From the NCBI GenBank assembly GCA_050185275.1, contig JBFWZN010000005.1:131344-195343 (forward strand): DNA of 64,000 nt, written 5' to 3'. The stretch comes from Vicinamibacterales bacterium. Its GTDB lineage: Bacteria; Acidobacteriota; Vicinamibacteria; Vicinamibacterales; UBA2999. The position numbers and the translations under genes are program-made. Below the pieces are notes generated by a model. The model worked only from the letters and a program-made list of their open reading frames with translations. It made no database searches and was not told where the DNA came from. This document shows, piece after piece, positions 20,221 through 30,108 of the stretch. Position 1 is the first letter of the stretch, and each line of letters opens with the position of its first letter.

Positions 20221-20598
20221 TCAGTCGTGCGCTGGAGCAGGCGGGGGCGACCTGAGGGGCGGGTGGGCGAAGCGGACCTGTGCGGGCACGTGAACAGCCG
20301 CACGGACGAGCCCGACGCGCGCTTCCGGGGCCTGGCCGGGAAGCACGTGGCCGTCGGGAGACGGGTGGAACGCCCGTGTCCATTGGCAGACCAGACACGT
20401 AGGGGCTTCGTGGCGCGTCCCGTCCTCGCCCGCACCGATGCGATGCGCGGACGCGTCGTGCGCCGCCACCCAGGCGCCGCCGGTCACCACGTGGGCCTCG
20501 CCTATCCCGTGCAGCACGATCCCGTCCCCGGCCGCGACCAGGGCGACGAGCAGCGTGGCGGCCACGGTCCGGAGGTGGAGCCGGAGGATGGAGCACAT
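20221..20598 (-). CDS. Small secreted His-rich protein with CxxC (hypothetical; possibly DUF2946-like)
   Basis: Hydrophobic N-terminus, a CLVCQW motif and many His residues. It lies immediately upstream of, and co-oriented with, the TonB-dependent receptor. Confidence 0.35.
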   Translation of the reverse strand: MCSILRLHLRTVAATLLVALVAAGDGIVLHGIGEAHVVTGGAWVAAHDASAHRIGAGEDGTRHEAPTCLVCQWTRAFHPSPDGHVLPGQAPEARVGLVRAAVHVPAQVRFAHPPLRSPPPAPAHD

Positions 20599-20665
20599 CG
20601 GCAGACCAGTGTAATGGAGCGCCGCGCGGCCGCGTCAACCGCGTACGGCCTGGAGCGACCGGGCC

Positions 20666-22342
20666 GTGAGGGCGGCCATCGAGCCTCACTGTCGCGCCCG
20701 CTTGGCACCTGCCGGCACCGCGGGCAGGGATCCCGGGACGGCGCAGGTCGGCTACTATCGCCGCGTGGTGCTCTCCCGACGTGATTTCCTGTGGCAGACC
20801 GGGGCCGGGCTGCTCCTGCCGCTGTCCGTTCATGCGCAGGGCACGGGCTCCACGCGGTTCCGGCACGGCGTGGCGAGCGGCGACCCGCTGGCCGACCGCG
20901 TCATCCTGTGGACACGCGTGACGCCGCCGACCGTGCTCGTGGCCGCGGCACCGCCGGTGGACGTGCGCTGGACGGTCGCCACCGACCCCGCCCTCGCACG
21001 CGTGGTCGCCAGCGGGAGCGTGCGTACCAGCGCGGATCGCGACTTCACCGTGAAGGTGGACGCGGCCGGGCTCGAGCCGGGCACCACGTATTACTACGCG
21101 TTCACCGCGGCGGGTGAACGCTCGGTGGTCGGGCGGACCCGGACGCTGCCGCCGGCTGGCGCCACGCGTGTGCGGCTCGCCCTGGCGGCCTGTTCCAACT
21201 ACCCGGCGGGCTTCTTCCACGCGTACGGGCGGATCGCCGCGCGCGACGATCTGGATGCGGTGGTGCACCTCGGCGACTACATCTACGAGTACGAGAACGG
21301 CTACTTCGGCGACGGCACCGAACTCGGCCGGATACCGCAGCCCAACCAGGAGATCGTGTCCCTCGCCGACTACCGGCTGCGGTACTCGGTGTACCGCACC
21401 GATCCCGACCTGCAGGAGGCGCACCGGCAGCATCCGTTCATCGTCGTGTGGGACGATCACGAGCTGGCGGACAACGCCTCCCGGGAAGGGGCCGTCAATC
21501 ACCAGCCGGACACCGAAGGCACCTGGGCGGCCCGCAAGGCGGCTGCGTACCGCGCGTACCTGGAGTGGCTGCCGATCCGGGAGCAGGCGGGTCCGGACAT
21601 CAGGCTCTACCGGTCGTTCCGATTCGGCACGCTGGCCGACCTGGTCATGCTGGACACCAGGGCCCTGCGGGACCTGCAGGTGTCCCCGAACGATCTCGCG
21701 GCGCTCGAACGGTCGTCGCGGTCAATGCTCGGCAGTGCGCAGGAGCGCTGGCTCCACGAGCAACTGCGCGCGTCGGCGCGCGCGGACACCGCCTGGCGCC
21801 TGCTCGGGCAGCAGGTGATCTTCTCGCGTCTCAGCCCGCCGGGCCGCGCGGTCGGCACATCGGATCCGTGGGACGGCTATCCCGCCACGCGTGACCGGAT
21901 CCTGGACCTGCTCGAGACCGAGCGGATCCGCGACGTGGCCATCCTCTCCGGCGACATTCACAGCGCCTGGGGAAACGACATTCCAAGGAACCCGTGGTCG
22001 GGCTACGCGCCGCGGAACGGCGCAGGCTCCCTGGCGGTGGAATTCGTGACGCCGGCCGTCAGCTCGTCGCCGCTCTTCTGGGACGGGCGCGCCGAGGAAC
22101 GGGCTGCAGCGCTGATGCAGAGCGTGCCGAGCGTCCGCTACATGGACGGCGGGTCCAACGGGTATACCGTGGTAGACATCACGGCAGACCGCCTGCAGGC
22201 CGACTGGTACTTCGTCGGCAACGTCTGGGCGCGCACGGCGACGGAGCGATTCGGAGGCGGCATGGTCTGCGAACGCGGCACGTCGCACCTCGAGCGCGCC
22301 TCCGCGCCCGCCGCCCCCATGGACCGGCGTCCCCCCGGCTGA
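20666..22342 (+). CDS. phoD: Alkaline phosphatase D (Tat-exported)
   Basis: Tat motif SRRDFLW, then FRHGVASGDPLADRVILWTR and VHLGDYIYE. The real start is probably GTG 20765 or 20768, which places the RR motif near the N-terminus. Confidence 0.85.
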   Translation: MRAAIEPHCRARLAPAGTAGRDPGTAQVGYYRRVVLSRRDFLWQTGAGLLLPLSVHAQGTGSTRFRHGVASGDPLADRVILWTRVTPPTVLVAAAPPVDVRWTVATDPALARVVASGSVRTSADRDFTVKVDAAGLEPGTTYYYAFTAAGERSVVGRTRTLPPAGATRVRLALAACSNYPAGFFHAYGRIAARDDLDAVVHLGDYIYEYENGYFGDGTELGRIPQPNQEIVSLADYRLRYSVYRTDPDLQEAHRQHPFIVVWDDHELADNASREGAVNHQPDTEGTWAARKAAAYRAYLEWLPIREQAGPDIRLYRSFRFGTLADLVMLDTRALRDLQVSPNDLAALERSSRSMLGSAQERWLHEQLRASARADTAWRLLGQQVIFSRLSPPGRAVGTSDPWDGYPATRDRILDLLETERIRDVAILSGDIHSAWGNDIPRNPWSGYAPRNGAGSLAVEFVTPAVSSSPLFWDGRAEERAAALMQSVPSVRYMDGGSNGYTVVDITADRLQADWYFVGNVWARTATERFGGGMVCERGTSHLERASAPAAPMDRRPPG

Positions 22343-22370
22343 CCGGCACCCCTCTGCTATCCTGTGCCGC

Positions 22371-25019
22371 ATGCATCCTCGACCCCTTCTCGCGCTCTCG
22401 GGTGCGGTACTGGCGGGCCTGCTGCTCGCTCCCGCCAGCGGCCAGGTCAGGCCCGTCTACGACCTGGGAGCCGCCGGGCTCACCCAGGTCCTCCAGCGGC
22501 TGCAGACCACCGCCAGCGCTCTGCACACGGGCGCGCATCCTGACGACGAGGACTCGGGGTTCATCGCCCGGACGGCGCGCGGCGATCACGCCCGCGTGGC
22601 GTATCTGGCGCTCAACCGGGGCGAGGGCGGACAGAACCTGATCGGAACCGAACTGTTCGACGCGCTGGGCGTGATTCGCACCGAGGAGCTTCTCCAGGCC
22701 CGCCGGCTGGACGGAGGCCAGCAGTTCTTCACCCGTACGTTCGACTACGGCTTCTCGAAGTCCCGGCGCGAGGCAGGCGCCCTGTGGTCCGAGCCCGACG
22801 TGCTGGGCGACATGGTGCGGGTGATCCGCCAGTTCCGACCCCTGGTGATCTATTCGCGATTCAGCGGGACGCCGGCTGACGGCCACGGGCACCACGAGTT
22901 CGCGGGCTACCTCACCCCGATCGCGTTCCGCGCGGCAGCCGATCCGGCGCAGTATCCCGAGCAGATCGCGCAGGGCCTGCGTCCCTGGCAGGCCCGCAAG
23001 CTCTATCGCGGGACGGGCTTCCGGCCCGACCCGGCGAACCCGCCGACGGTGGACGTGGAGATCGGCGCGCTCGACCCGGTGATCGGCCGGACCTTCGGCG
23101 AGATCTCGCTGGAGGGCCGCAGCCAGCACAAGTCGCAGGAGATGGGCAGCGTGGAGATGCGGGGGCCGATGACGGCGGGGCTGATCCGAATCTCCCCCCC
23201 GGCGGCGCCAGACACCCGTGAGGCCGGCATCTTCGATGGGCTGGATGTGTCGGTGCCGGGCCTGGCGGGGCTGGCCGGCCTGCCGCCCGGCGTCATCGAT
23301 CGCGAACTCCTGGCGATGCAGACCGCGGCCGCGAAGGCGCTGACCGGCTACGACATCCTGCGTCCGGGCGCCATCCTCGGCGATCTGGCGGACGGTCTGC
23401 GTGCCACGCGAGCGGCCCGGATGACGCTGCGTACGACGACGGCCGGCACGGCCGACAGCCGCGCCGAAGCCGACTTCCTGCTCGCGTTCAAGGAGGCCGA
23501 TTTCAGCGAGGCACTCGTGCGTGCCGCCGAAGTGGTGGTCGATCCGCTCGCGTCCGACGAAACCGTGGTGCAGGGCGAAGACGTCGGTGTGGCCGTACGC
23601 ACGTTCCAGTCCGCGCGCTCGGTCGCACGGGTCACGGGCGCGTCCGTCGAGACGCCGGCGGGCTGGAGCGTCCAGGCCTCGACCGACCCGGGAGCTGCCG
23701 GGCCCGGACCTGGCAGGGGCGGGCGCCGGGAGATGCCGGCGCACGAGGCGTTCTTCCGTGTGCGCGTGCCGCCGGGCGCACCGGTCACCACGCCGTACTT
23801 CCTGCGCACGCCGCGCACCGGCGCCAGCTACGACTGGCCGACCGACGCGCCGCGGGGGCAGCCGTTCGACGCTCCGGCGCTCACGGGCGTGGTCGCGCTC
23901 GACATCGCCGGGGCAGCCGTGACGGTGCGCGTGCCGGTGCAGTACCGCTTCGCGGATGCCGTGCGGGGTGAGCTTCGCCGAAACGTCCAGGTCGTGCCTC
24001 TCGTGACCGTGGGCCTGGACTCACCGCTCCTCATCGTGCCGGCGGGCGACACGCCGCACGAGCAGCGTCTGGTGGTGCGTGTCACCAGCTTCGCCGGTAC
24101 ACCAGTGATGGGCACGCTGCGCCTGCGCCTGCCCGACGGCTGGACGGCAAGCCCCGCCGACACACCGTTTCAGCTGCCTGCCAAGGGCAGCGCCACGGCA
24201 GCCCCGTTCGTCGTGACCGCGCCGGCCGGACGGGCCCGGGGCTCGGCCACCATCGTGGCCGAGGCCGTCGTCGCAGGACGTGCCTACACCGAGGACGTGC
24301 AGGAGGTGGCGTATCCCCACATCCAGACCCACCGCCTGTACCGGCAGGCACGCGCCACGGCGGAGGTCCTGGACCTGCAGGTGGCTCCGGTCTCGGTGGG
24401 GTACGTGATGGGCAGCGGGGATCAGGTCCCCGATGCCATCCGCCGGATGGGCGTACCGGTCACGCTGCTCGATGACGAAACCCTGTCCACCGGCGACCTG
24501 GCGAGATTCGACAGCATCGTGGTCGGCGTCCGGGCCTCGGAGGCCAGGCCCGCGTTCGTGGCCAACAACGACCGCCTGCTCGAGTACGTCCGCGCGGGTG
24601 GCACCCTGATCGTCCAGTACCAGCAGGGCGACTATGCCGGCCGGCGTCTCACGCCCCTGCCCGCCGAATCCATGGGCAATTCGCGGGTCACCGACGAGAC
24701 CGCCACCGTCCGGATCCTCCAGCCCTCCCACCCCGTCTTCACGTTCCCCAACCAGATCAGCACTGCGGACTTCGAGGGGTGGGTCCAGGAACGGAACCTC
24801 TATGCCCTGACGGGGTTCGATGCGGCCTACGTGCCGCTGCTCGAGTCGGCCGACCCAGGCGAGGCGGCCCAACGGGGCGGCGAGCTCTACGCGGACGTGG
24901 GGCGCGGCCGGTTCGTGTACACCGCGTATGCCTGGTTCCGACAGCTGCCGGCCGGCGTACCTGGCGCCTACCGCCAGTTCGCGAACCTGATCAGCCTGCC
25001 CAGGGCCCCGCGGCCCTGA
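22371..25019 (+). CDS. PIG-L/LmbE-family deacetylase, large secreted multidomain form
   Basis: HTGAHPDDEDSGFI...LNRGEGGQN is the PIG-L signature. The protein is 882 aa with a signal peptide. Confidence 0.75.
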   Translation: MHPRPLLALSGAVLAGLLLAPASGQVRPVYDLGAAGLTQVLQRLQTTASALHTGAHPDDEDSGFIARTARGDHARVAYLALNRGEGGQNLIGTELFDALGVIRTEELLQARRLDGGQQFFTRTFDYGFSKSRREAGALWSEPDVLGDMVRVIRQFRPLVIYSRFSGTPADGHGHHEFAGYLTPIAFRAAADPAQYPEQIAQGLRPWQARKLYRGTGFRPDPANPPTVDVEIGALDPVIGRTFGEISLEGRSQHKSQEMGSVEMRGPMTAGLIRISPPAAPDTREAGIFDGLDVSVPGLAGLAGLPPGVIDRELLAMQTAAAKALTGYDILRPGAILGDLADGLRATRAARMTLRTTTAGTADSRAEADFLLAFKEADFSEALVRAAEVVVDPLASDETVVQGEDVGVAVRTFQSARSVARVTGASVETPAGWSVQASTDPGAAGPGPGRGGRREMPAHEAFFRVRVPPGAPVTTPYFLRTPRTGASYDWPTDAPRGQPFDAPALTGVVALDIAGAAVTVRVPVQYRFADAVRGELRRNVQVVPLVTVGLDSPLLIVPAGDTPHEQRLVVRVTSFAGTPVMGTLRLRLPDGWTASPADTPFQLPAKGSATAAPFVVTAPAGRARGSATIVAEAVVAGRAYTEDVQEVAYPHIQTHRLYRQARATAEVLDLQVAPVSVGYVMGSGDQVPDAIRRMGVPVTLLDDETLSTGDLARFDSIVVGVRASEARPAFVANNDRLLEYVRAGGTLIVQYQQGDYAGRRLTPLPAESMGNSRVTDETATVRILQPSHPVFTFPNQISTADFEGWVQERNLYALTGFDAAYVPLLESADPGEAAQRGGELYADVGRGRFVYTAYAWFRQLPAGVPGAYRQFANLISLPRAPRP

Positions 25020-25130
25020 CCCACGGCCCAGCCGACGCCTGTCCGTCCCCTGGCCGGCAAGCTGCCCAGAGAGGCGCGCACACGCTGCCTGCGGCAGTCC
25101 ACGCGGGTCGGGGCTGGGCCTGGTGTCGTG

Positions 25131-25565
25131 CTAGTGCAGCTCGGAGGGATCACGCTGCGAGTCGTCATCGAGGGGGCCAATCGGCGGGCCCAGAGGCCCG
25201 CGCTCGCAGCGCGCGGCGATGAGGAGACTCCGCAGCAGCGGGATGAGCTCCTCCTCCTGGATGGCCGCCGAAAGGTACTGCGCGCCGAGCTGCGCGGCCT
25301 CTGCCTCGAAGAGGGGATCGGGTTCCCCGATGACGATGGCGGGAGTGCCCTGGCATCCGGCTCGGATAGCCAGATGAAGGCCGTTGAACTCGCCGAGCTT
25401 GAGCTCGGTGATGAGCAACTCGGTCACGCGGGCGGTCATCTCGTGCTTGGCGCGGGCGAAGTCCGGGACAACCGTGGCCCCGTACCCAGCTGACGCCAGC
25501 GACGACCGAAGCCGATCCGCAACGGACGGGGTGGGGGCGACCACGAGTATCTGCTCATCGAGCAT
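25131..25565 (-). CDS. Receiver-like (pseudo-receiver) single-domain protein
   Basis: CheY-like alternation of beta and alpha segments. The phospho-acceptor position reads LLITELKLGEFNG (Glu rather than Asp) and the N-terminal acidic pair is absent. Trimmed to Met MLDEQILVV. Confidence 0.5.
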   Translation of the reverse strand: MLDEQILVVAPTPSVADRLRSSLASAGYGATVVPDFARAKHEMTARVTELLITELKLGEFNGLHLAIRAGCQGTPAIVIGEPDPLFEAEAAQLGAQYLSAAIQEEELIPLLRSLLIAARCERGPLGPPIGPLDDDSQRDPSELH

Positions 25566-25696
25566 CGAGCTTGGACCTCCAGAAGGATTTCCCCCCTCTC
25601 GCAAAAAGGAAGCCAATAATCCGACCGCTGAGTCAGGAGAATGTCGCGCGACGGGAGGGGACGACAGGCAGGAGTTACACCCCGTCGTGTACCGGA

Positions 25697-26770
25697 TCAA
25701 GGCACCAGGGGTGGGCCACCGGTCCTGGGATGGACGTGCTCGGGATGGTCGTCCGCGAAGCGCAGGAGGGGCTCGGGGGGAAGGGGGCCGTACCCGTCGG
25801 TCCCGCTGAAACTCCATGGCCAGGCACCCGCATAGCCCGCATCCACGGCGTGGGCCAGGTACTGGCCCAGCGTCGTGGGTGGCGGCCAGGTGCCGGGCGG
25901 GTGACAGTGTGGTCCGTTTGCCGGCACCTCCCCGATGAGAAGAGGCCGATGGAGGCCGAATGCGTCGGCCGACATACCGATGAGGTCTGGATCACTCAGT
26001 CGCCACCTGTCCGGGTAGCAGTGCAGCTGCAGGAGGTCGAGCCCCAGCCCATCGTCATCCCACCAGCGCAGGTGGCGCTGCCTGGCCGCCGCCATGGATG
26101 TCAATGCCGCGGAACATCCATGCACGATGTCGGAGCAGGTGGCCACGGCTTCGCGGAAGCGCACCCACGGGACGGCCCGCCTGACGCGCCGGGCGACGCT
26201 CCAGCCCGCCACCACGAAATCCGGCTCGTTCATCAGTTCCCAGGCGCGGATCGCGCTCCCCAGGTCCGACCGAACGCCACCCCGCCCGTATCGGGTGACC
26301 AGAGGCGCCACGACCCGGTCGAAGAGATCCCGCTGACCGGAGGCCGTCACGAAGGAGGCAGCGCGGCCGTCGGGGAGCACGTGCTCCATCACGCAGCCTT
26401 CCACCGGATCGGCCACGGACGCACGGATGCCGGCGAACATCCAGCGGTGGTCGAAGAGCACGAGGTGGAGTTTCACCCCGACGAGGGCCGCGGTCTCGAG
26501 AGCCGCATCCAGGTCGGGGCACACCCGGTCGTCGAGCCCGAGCGGCGCGCCGGTCTCGTCGGCCACGAGCCCCGCCCGCCCGTCGGCGAACACGAACCAG
26601 CGGGCCGTGGTGAAACCGAGACGCGCCACCGCATCCAGGTCGCGGACGACGCCCCGTCGGCGCGTGGACACGCCGACGTGCGTGCCCCAGACGTTGCGGC
26701 CGAAGTCGAGTCCGTAGAAGACGACGCCGTCCGCGGCGGACCAGGGGTAGTTGCAGCCGTGCAGGAACAT
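25697..26770 (-). CDS. Glycoside hydrolase, GH5/cellulase-like TIM barrel (cytoplasmic)
   Basis: IRAWELMNEPD (the NEP catalytic-acid motif) and GxNY/W-rich beta-strand ends. No signal peptide. Confidence 0.55.
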   Translation of the reverse strand: MFLHGCNYPWSAADGVVFYGLDFGRNVWGTHVGVSTRRRGVVRDLDAVARLGFTTARWFVFADGRAGLVADETGAPLGLDDRVCPDLDAALETAALVGVKLHLVLFDHRWMFAGIRASVADPVEGCVMEHVLPDGRAASFVTASGQRDLFDRVVAPLVTRYGRGGVRSDLGSAIRAWELMNEPDFVVAGWSVARRVRRAVPWVRFREAVATCSDIVHGCSAALTSMAAARQRHLRWWDDDGLGLDLLQLHCYPDRWRLSDPDLIGMSADAFGLHRPLLIGEVPANGPHCHPPGTWPPPTTLGQYLAHAVDAGYAGAWPWSFSGTDGYGPLPPEPLLRFADDHPEHVHPRTGGPPLVP

Positions 26771-26884
26771 GGGCTTCGCGCGCGTCGCCGTGGCACCCCG
26801 GGAGCGGCGCCGCGGGGACCGGTGGGCTGTTACACGCGTCTGTTATGATGCGACGCTTTCGACTCGGCCCGTCATTCCTTCCGC

Positions 26885-29068
26885 ATGGACGCCCCTCACG
26901 CACCTCCCCGCACCCGCCCGCGGCGACCGGCGCGCGCCGTCGGGCAGCCGGTCAGGAAGGGCCCCGCAGCCGTGCCGCACCCGGAACCGGCCCCGTGGCC
27001 GCCGGATCCGTCCGACCTCCGGAATCCGGCCCTGTACATCAACCGGGAACTGAGCTGGCTGGCCTTCAACGAGCGCGTGCTCGCCCAGGCCCAGGACGAG
27101 TCCCACCCGGTGCTCGAACGGGTGAAGTTCCTCGCCATCGTCGGTACCAATCTGGACGAGTTCTTCATGGTGCGCGTCTCGACGATGCTCAAGCAGCTCG
27201 AGGACGGCACCGAGCGCGTCTCTCCGGACGGGCTGAACACGAGCCAGCAGATCGTGGCCATGCGGGAGCGTGCCGCACGGATGCTCGTCGCGCAGGCTGC
27301 CTGCTGGCACAAGTTGCGGGAACAGCTCGTTGGCGTCGGCATCCGGTTCCTGGATCGCGACGACTGGACACCCGCGGTGCGTCAGCACCTGCGCGCCGCC
27401 TTCGTGGCCGACATCCTGCCGGTACTCACCCCCCTCGCCTTCGATCCGGGACACCCCTTCCCGTTCATCTCGAACCTGAGCAAGAACTTCGCGGTGGTCG
27501 TCCGGCATGAAGGCCGTACCAAGTTCGCGCGGGTCAAGCTGCCCGACATCCTCCCGCGGTTCGTGTCCGTGCCCGACCACGTGGCAGGCTCCGAGGGCAC
27601 GACGTTCGCGTTTCTCGAGGACGTGGTCCGCGACAACATCCAGGCCCTGTTCCCGCAGACCCAGGTGAAAGGGGCCTACCTGTTCCGGGTCGTGCGGGAC
27701 ACCGACCTCGAAATCGAGCAGGACGAGGCCGACGACCTGCTCGAGTCCATCGACCGGAGCCTGCGCGAGCTGCGGCGCGGCGCCCTTGCGCTGCTGCAGG
27801 TCGCCTCCGACATGCCCGCGCGGATTCTCGACATCCTGAAGGACAACTTCGAGATCGGCGAGGAGACGGTGCTCCGCAGCGCGGAGCGCGTCGGCTTCGG
27901 CGACTGGATGCAGCTCCTGCAGCAGCACAGGCCGGAGCTGAAGGATCCCGTCTTCACCCCGAAGGGCATCTGGACGGAGCACGACGACCCGGAAGTGATC
28001 TTCGACCAGATCAAGTACCACGACCAGCTCGTGCACCACCCTTTCCAGTCGTTCGACGCCGTGGAGGCGTTCCTCCGGGCGGCGATACGGGACCGCCAGG
28101 TCATCGCCATCAAGATGACGCTGTACCGGATCGGGGCGAATTCTCCGCTGATTGATCTGCTGATCGACGCATCGGAGGCCGGCAAGCAGGTGGCGGTACT
28201 CGTGGAGCTGAAGGCCCGGTTCGACGAGCGCAACAACATCATCTGGGCGCGGCGGCTCGAGTCGCATGGCGTGCACGTCGTGTACGGGTTCGCCGAGCTC
28301 AAGACGCACGCCAAGCTGTGTCTGGTAGTGCGGAAGGAGGCCGGGGGCATCCAGCGCTACGTGCACACGGCCACGGGCAACTACAACCCGGGCACGGCCC
28401 GCGCGTACACGGACCTGGGGCTGTTCACGGCCGACGCGGACATCGTCTCCGACGTATCTGAGGTGTTCAACTACCTGACGGGATACTCCAACCAGAAGGA
28501 GTTCAGGCGGCTGCTCGTGGCGCCGGTGCAGCTGCGGCAGCGGCTGGCGGAGCTGGTGGAGCGCGAGGCCGAGCACGCGCGCGCGGGCCGGCCGGCGCGG
28601 CTGATCGTGAAAGTGAACGCGGTCACCGACGACCAGATGATCCGGGTGCTCTACAAGGCGTCGCAGGCCGGCCTCGAGATCGACCTCATCGTGCGCGGCA
28701 TCTGCAGTCTCCGGCCGGGCATCCCCGGCGTGAGCGAGACCATCCGCGTGCGTTCCATCGTGGGGCGGTTCCTCGAACACTCGCGCCTGTACTGGTTCGA
28801 GAACGGGGGGGAGCCCGAGCTCTACCTGGGCAGTGCCGACTTGATGGAGCGGAATCTCGATCGCCGGGTCGAGGTGCTCACACCGGTCCGTGACCGCGGC
28901 CTCGTCGCACACCTGCGTGAAGTGGCACTCGAGGCGTACCTGCGCGACACCGTGCGGGCGCGCGTGCTGGGGCCTGACGGCACCTACAGCCGGCCCGGCG
29001 GCGACGCGGAGCCGTTCGACGCACAACGCGCACTGCTCCAGCACTACACTGAACCCCGCGTGGAGTGA
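26885..29068 (+). CDS. ppk1: Polyphosphate kinase 1
   Basis: YINRELSWLAFNERVL, KFLAIVGTNLDEFFMVRV, and the two PLD-like HKD regions (KTHAKLCLVVR / RFLEHSRLYWF). Confidence 0.92.
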   Translation: MDAPHAPPRTRPRRPARAVGQPVRKGPAAVPHPEPAPWPPDPSDLRNPALYINRELSWLAFNERVLAQAQDESHPVLERVKFLAIVGTNLDEFFMVRVSTMLKQLEDGTERVSPDGLNTSQQIVAMRERAARMLVAQAACWHKLREQLVGVGIRFLDRDDWTPAVRQHLRAAFVADILPVLTPLAFDPGHPFPFISNLSKNFAVVVRHEGRTKFARVKLPDILPRFVSVPDHVAGSEGTTFAFLEDVVRDNIQALFPQTQVKGAYLFRVVRDTDLEIEQDEADDLLESIDRSLRELRRGALALLQVASDMPARILDILKDNFEIGEETVLRSAERVGFGDWMQLLQQHRPELKDPVFTPKGIWTEHDDPEVIFDQIKYHDQLVHHPFQSFDAVEAFLRAAIRDRQVIAIKMTLYRIGANSPLIDLLIDASEAGKQVAVLVELKARFDERNNIIWARRLESHGVHVVYGFAELKTHAKLCLVVRKEAGGIQRYVHTATGNYNPGTARAYTDLGLFTADADIVSDVSEVFNYLTGYSNQKEFRRLLVAPVQLRQRLAELVEREAEHARAGRPARLIVKVNAVTDDQMIRVLYKASQAGLEIDLIVRGICSLRPGIPGVSETIRVRSIVGRFLEHSRLYWFENGGEPELYLGSADLMERNLDRRVEVLTPVRDRGLVAHLREVALEAYLRDTVRARVLGPDGTYSRPGGDAEPFDAQRALLQHYTEPRVE

Positions 29069-29101
29069 GGCCTCAGAGGGACCGGCCCACGGGGAGCTGA
29101 C

Positions 29102-30076
29102 GTGGGGTACAAGACCGTCGCCCTGCCGGTGGAGCACGGCGGGTGGGGCCTGCTGCTGGAACCGCTGGCCCTCGGCCTGGCGGCCGCCCCCTCGGGCGCG
29201 GGGTGCGCCGTGGCCGCGGCCGCCCTGGCGGCGTTCCTCACGCGTCACCCCTTGAAGCTGCTCGCGTCGGACCTCATCGCGCGGCGCCATACGTCGCGCA
29301 CCACACGCGCCCTGGCTTTCGCCGCGAGCTACGCCGCTGCCGGCCTCCTATGCCTCATGGCCGCCATCCAGCTCTCGGCCGCCTCGGTGCTGCTCCCCGC
29401 GGTCGTCGTCGCCCCGCTCGCCTTCACGCAACTGGGTTTCGATGTGCGCAACCGGAGTCGGGGGCTGGTACCGGAGATCTGCGGGTCGCTGGCGCTGGCG
29501 GCTTCCGCGGCCAGCATCGGCCTCGCCGCCGGGTGGCCGCCGGGCGCCGCGACCACGCTCTCGATGGTGGCTGCTGCCCGCACCGTGCCGGCGGTGCTGA
29601 CGGTCCGGACGCAGGTACTCCGCCTGCGCGGCGCCGAGGTCTCACCTGTCAGCCCCTCGGTCGCCCAGGCGACGGCACTCGCCACCATCGCAGCGCTCGC
29701 CGCGGTGGGCGCGGTTCCCGCGAGCATCGTCTGGATATGGACCGCCCTCACGGCGCGGGGACTGTGGTCGCTCCACGGCTCACCGCGCCGCGTGCGGCCC
29801 CAGCGTATCGGCATCGAGGAACTCGTGGTTGGACTTCTGATCGCGCTGGCGTCTGGGCTGCTGTTCCCGAGTTACCAGGCAAGGATCACGGCCACGACCA
29901 GCACCACACCCGCCACCAGACCGGCCAGGGGATACGCCGTGGCGCCGGCGGCCAGCATGGTCAACACCGTGACCACGAACGCGAGGGGGCCGATCGGCCA
30001 CAGCAACCCGAGTACAATGCGCAGTCGGAGTCGGTCATCCGTGCACAGGAGGCCGACGAGCGCGCCCATCAGGTAG
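29102..30076 (+). CDS. YwiC-like membrane protein (the 3' approx. 70 codons are doubtful)
   Basis: The N-terminal LPVEHGGWGLLLEP resembles the YwiC-family start, and the protein is multi-TM. The last ~205 bp overlap a better-looking antisense gene and use rare AGG/AGA/AGT codons. Confidence 0.5.
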   Translation: MGYKTVALPVEHGGWGLLLEPLALGLAAAPSGAGCAVAAAALAAFLTRHPLKLLASDLIARRHTSRTTRALAFAASYAAAGLLCLMAAIQLSAASVLLPAVVVAPLAFTQLGFDVRNRSRGLVPEICGSLALAASAASIGLAAGWPPGAATTLSMVAAARTVPAVLTVRTQVLRLRGAEVSPVSPSVAQATALATIAALAAVGAVPASIVWIWTALTARGLWSLHGSPRRVRPQRIGIEELVVGLLIALASGLLFPSYQARITATTSTTPATRPARGYAVAPAASMVNTVTTNARGPIGHSNPSTMRSRSRSSVHRRPTSAPIR

Positions 30077-30108
30077 AGCAGCACGAGGATGGCGAGCGGA
30101 GCGGTCAC
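29872..30108 (-). CDS. Small hydrophobic membrane protein (78 aa, approx. 3 TM)
   Basis: MTAPLAILVLLYLMGALVGLL... with very GC-rich third positions typical of real genes in this window. Convergent with, and overlapping, the YwiC-like ORF. Confidence 0.45.
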   Translation of the reverse strand: MTAPLAILVLLYLMGALVGLLCTDDRLRLRIVLGLLWPIGPLAFVVTVLTMLAAGATAYPLAGLVAGVVLVVAVILAW

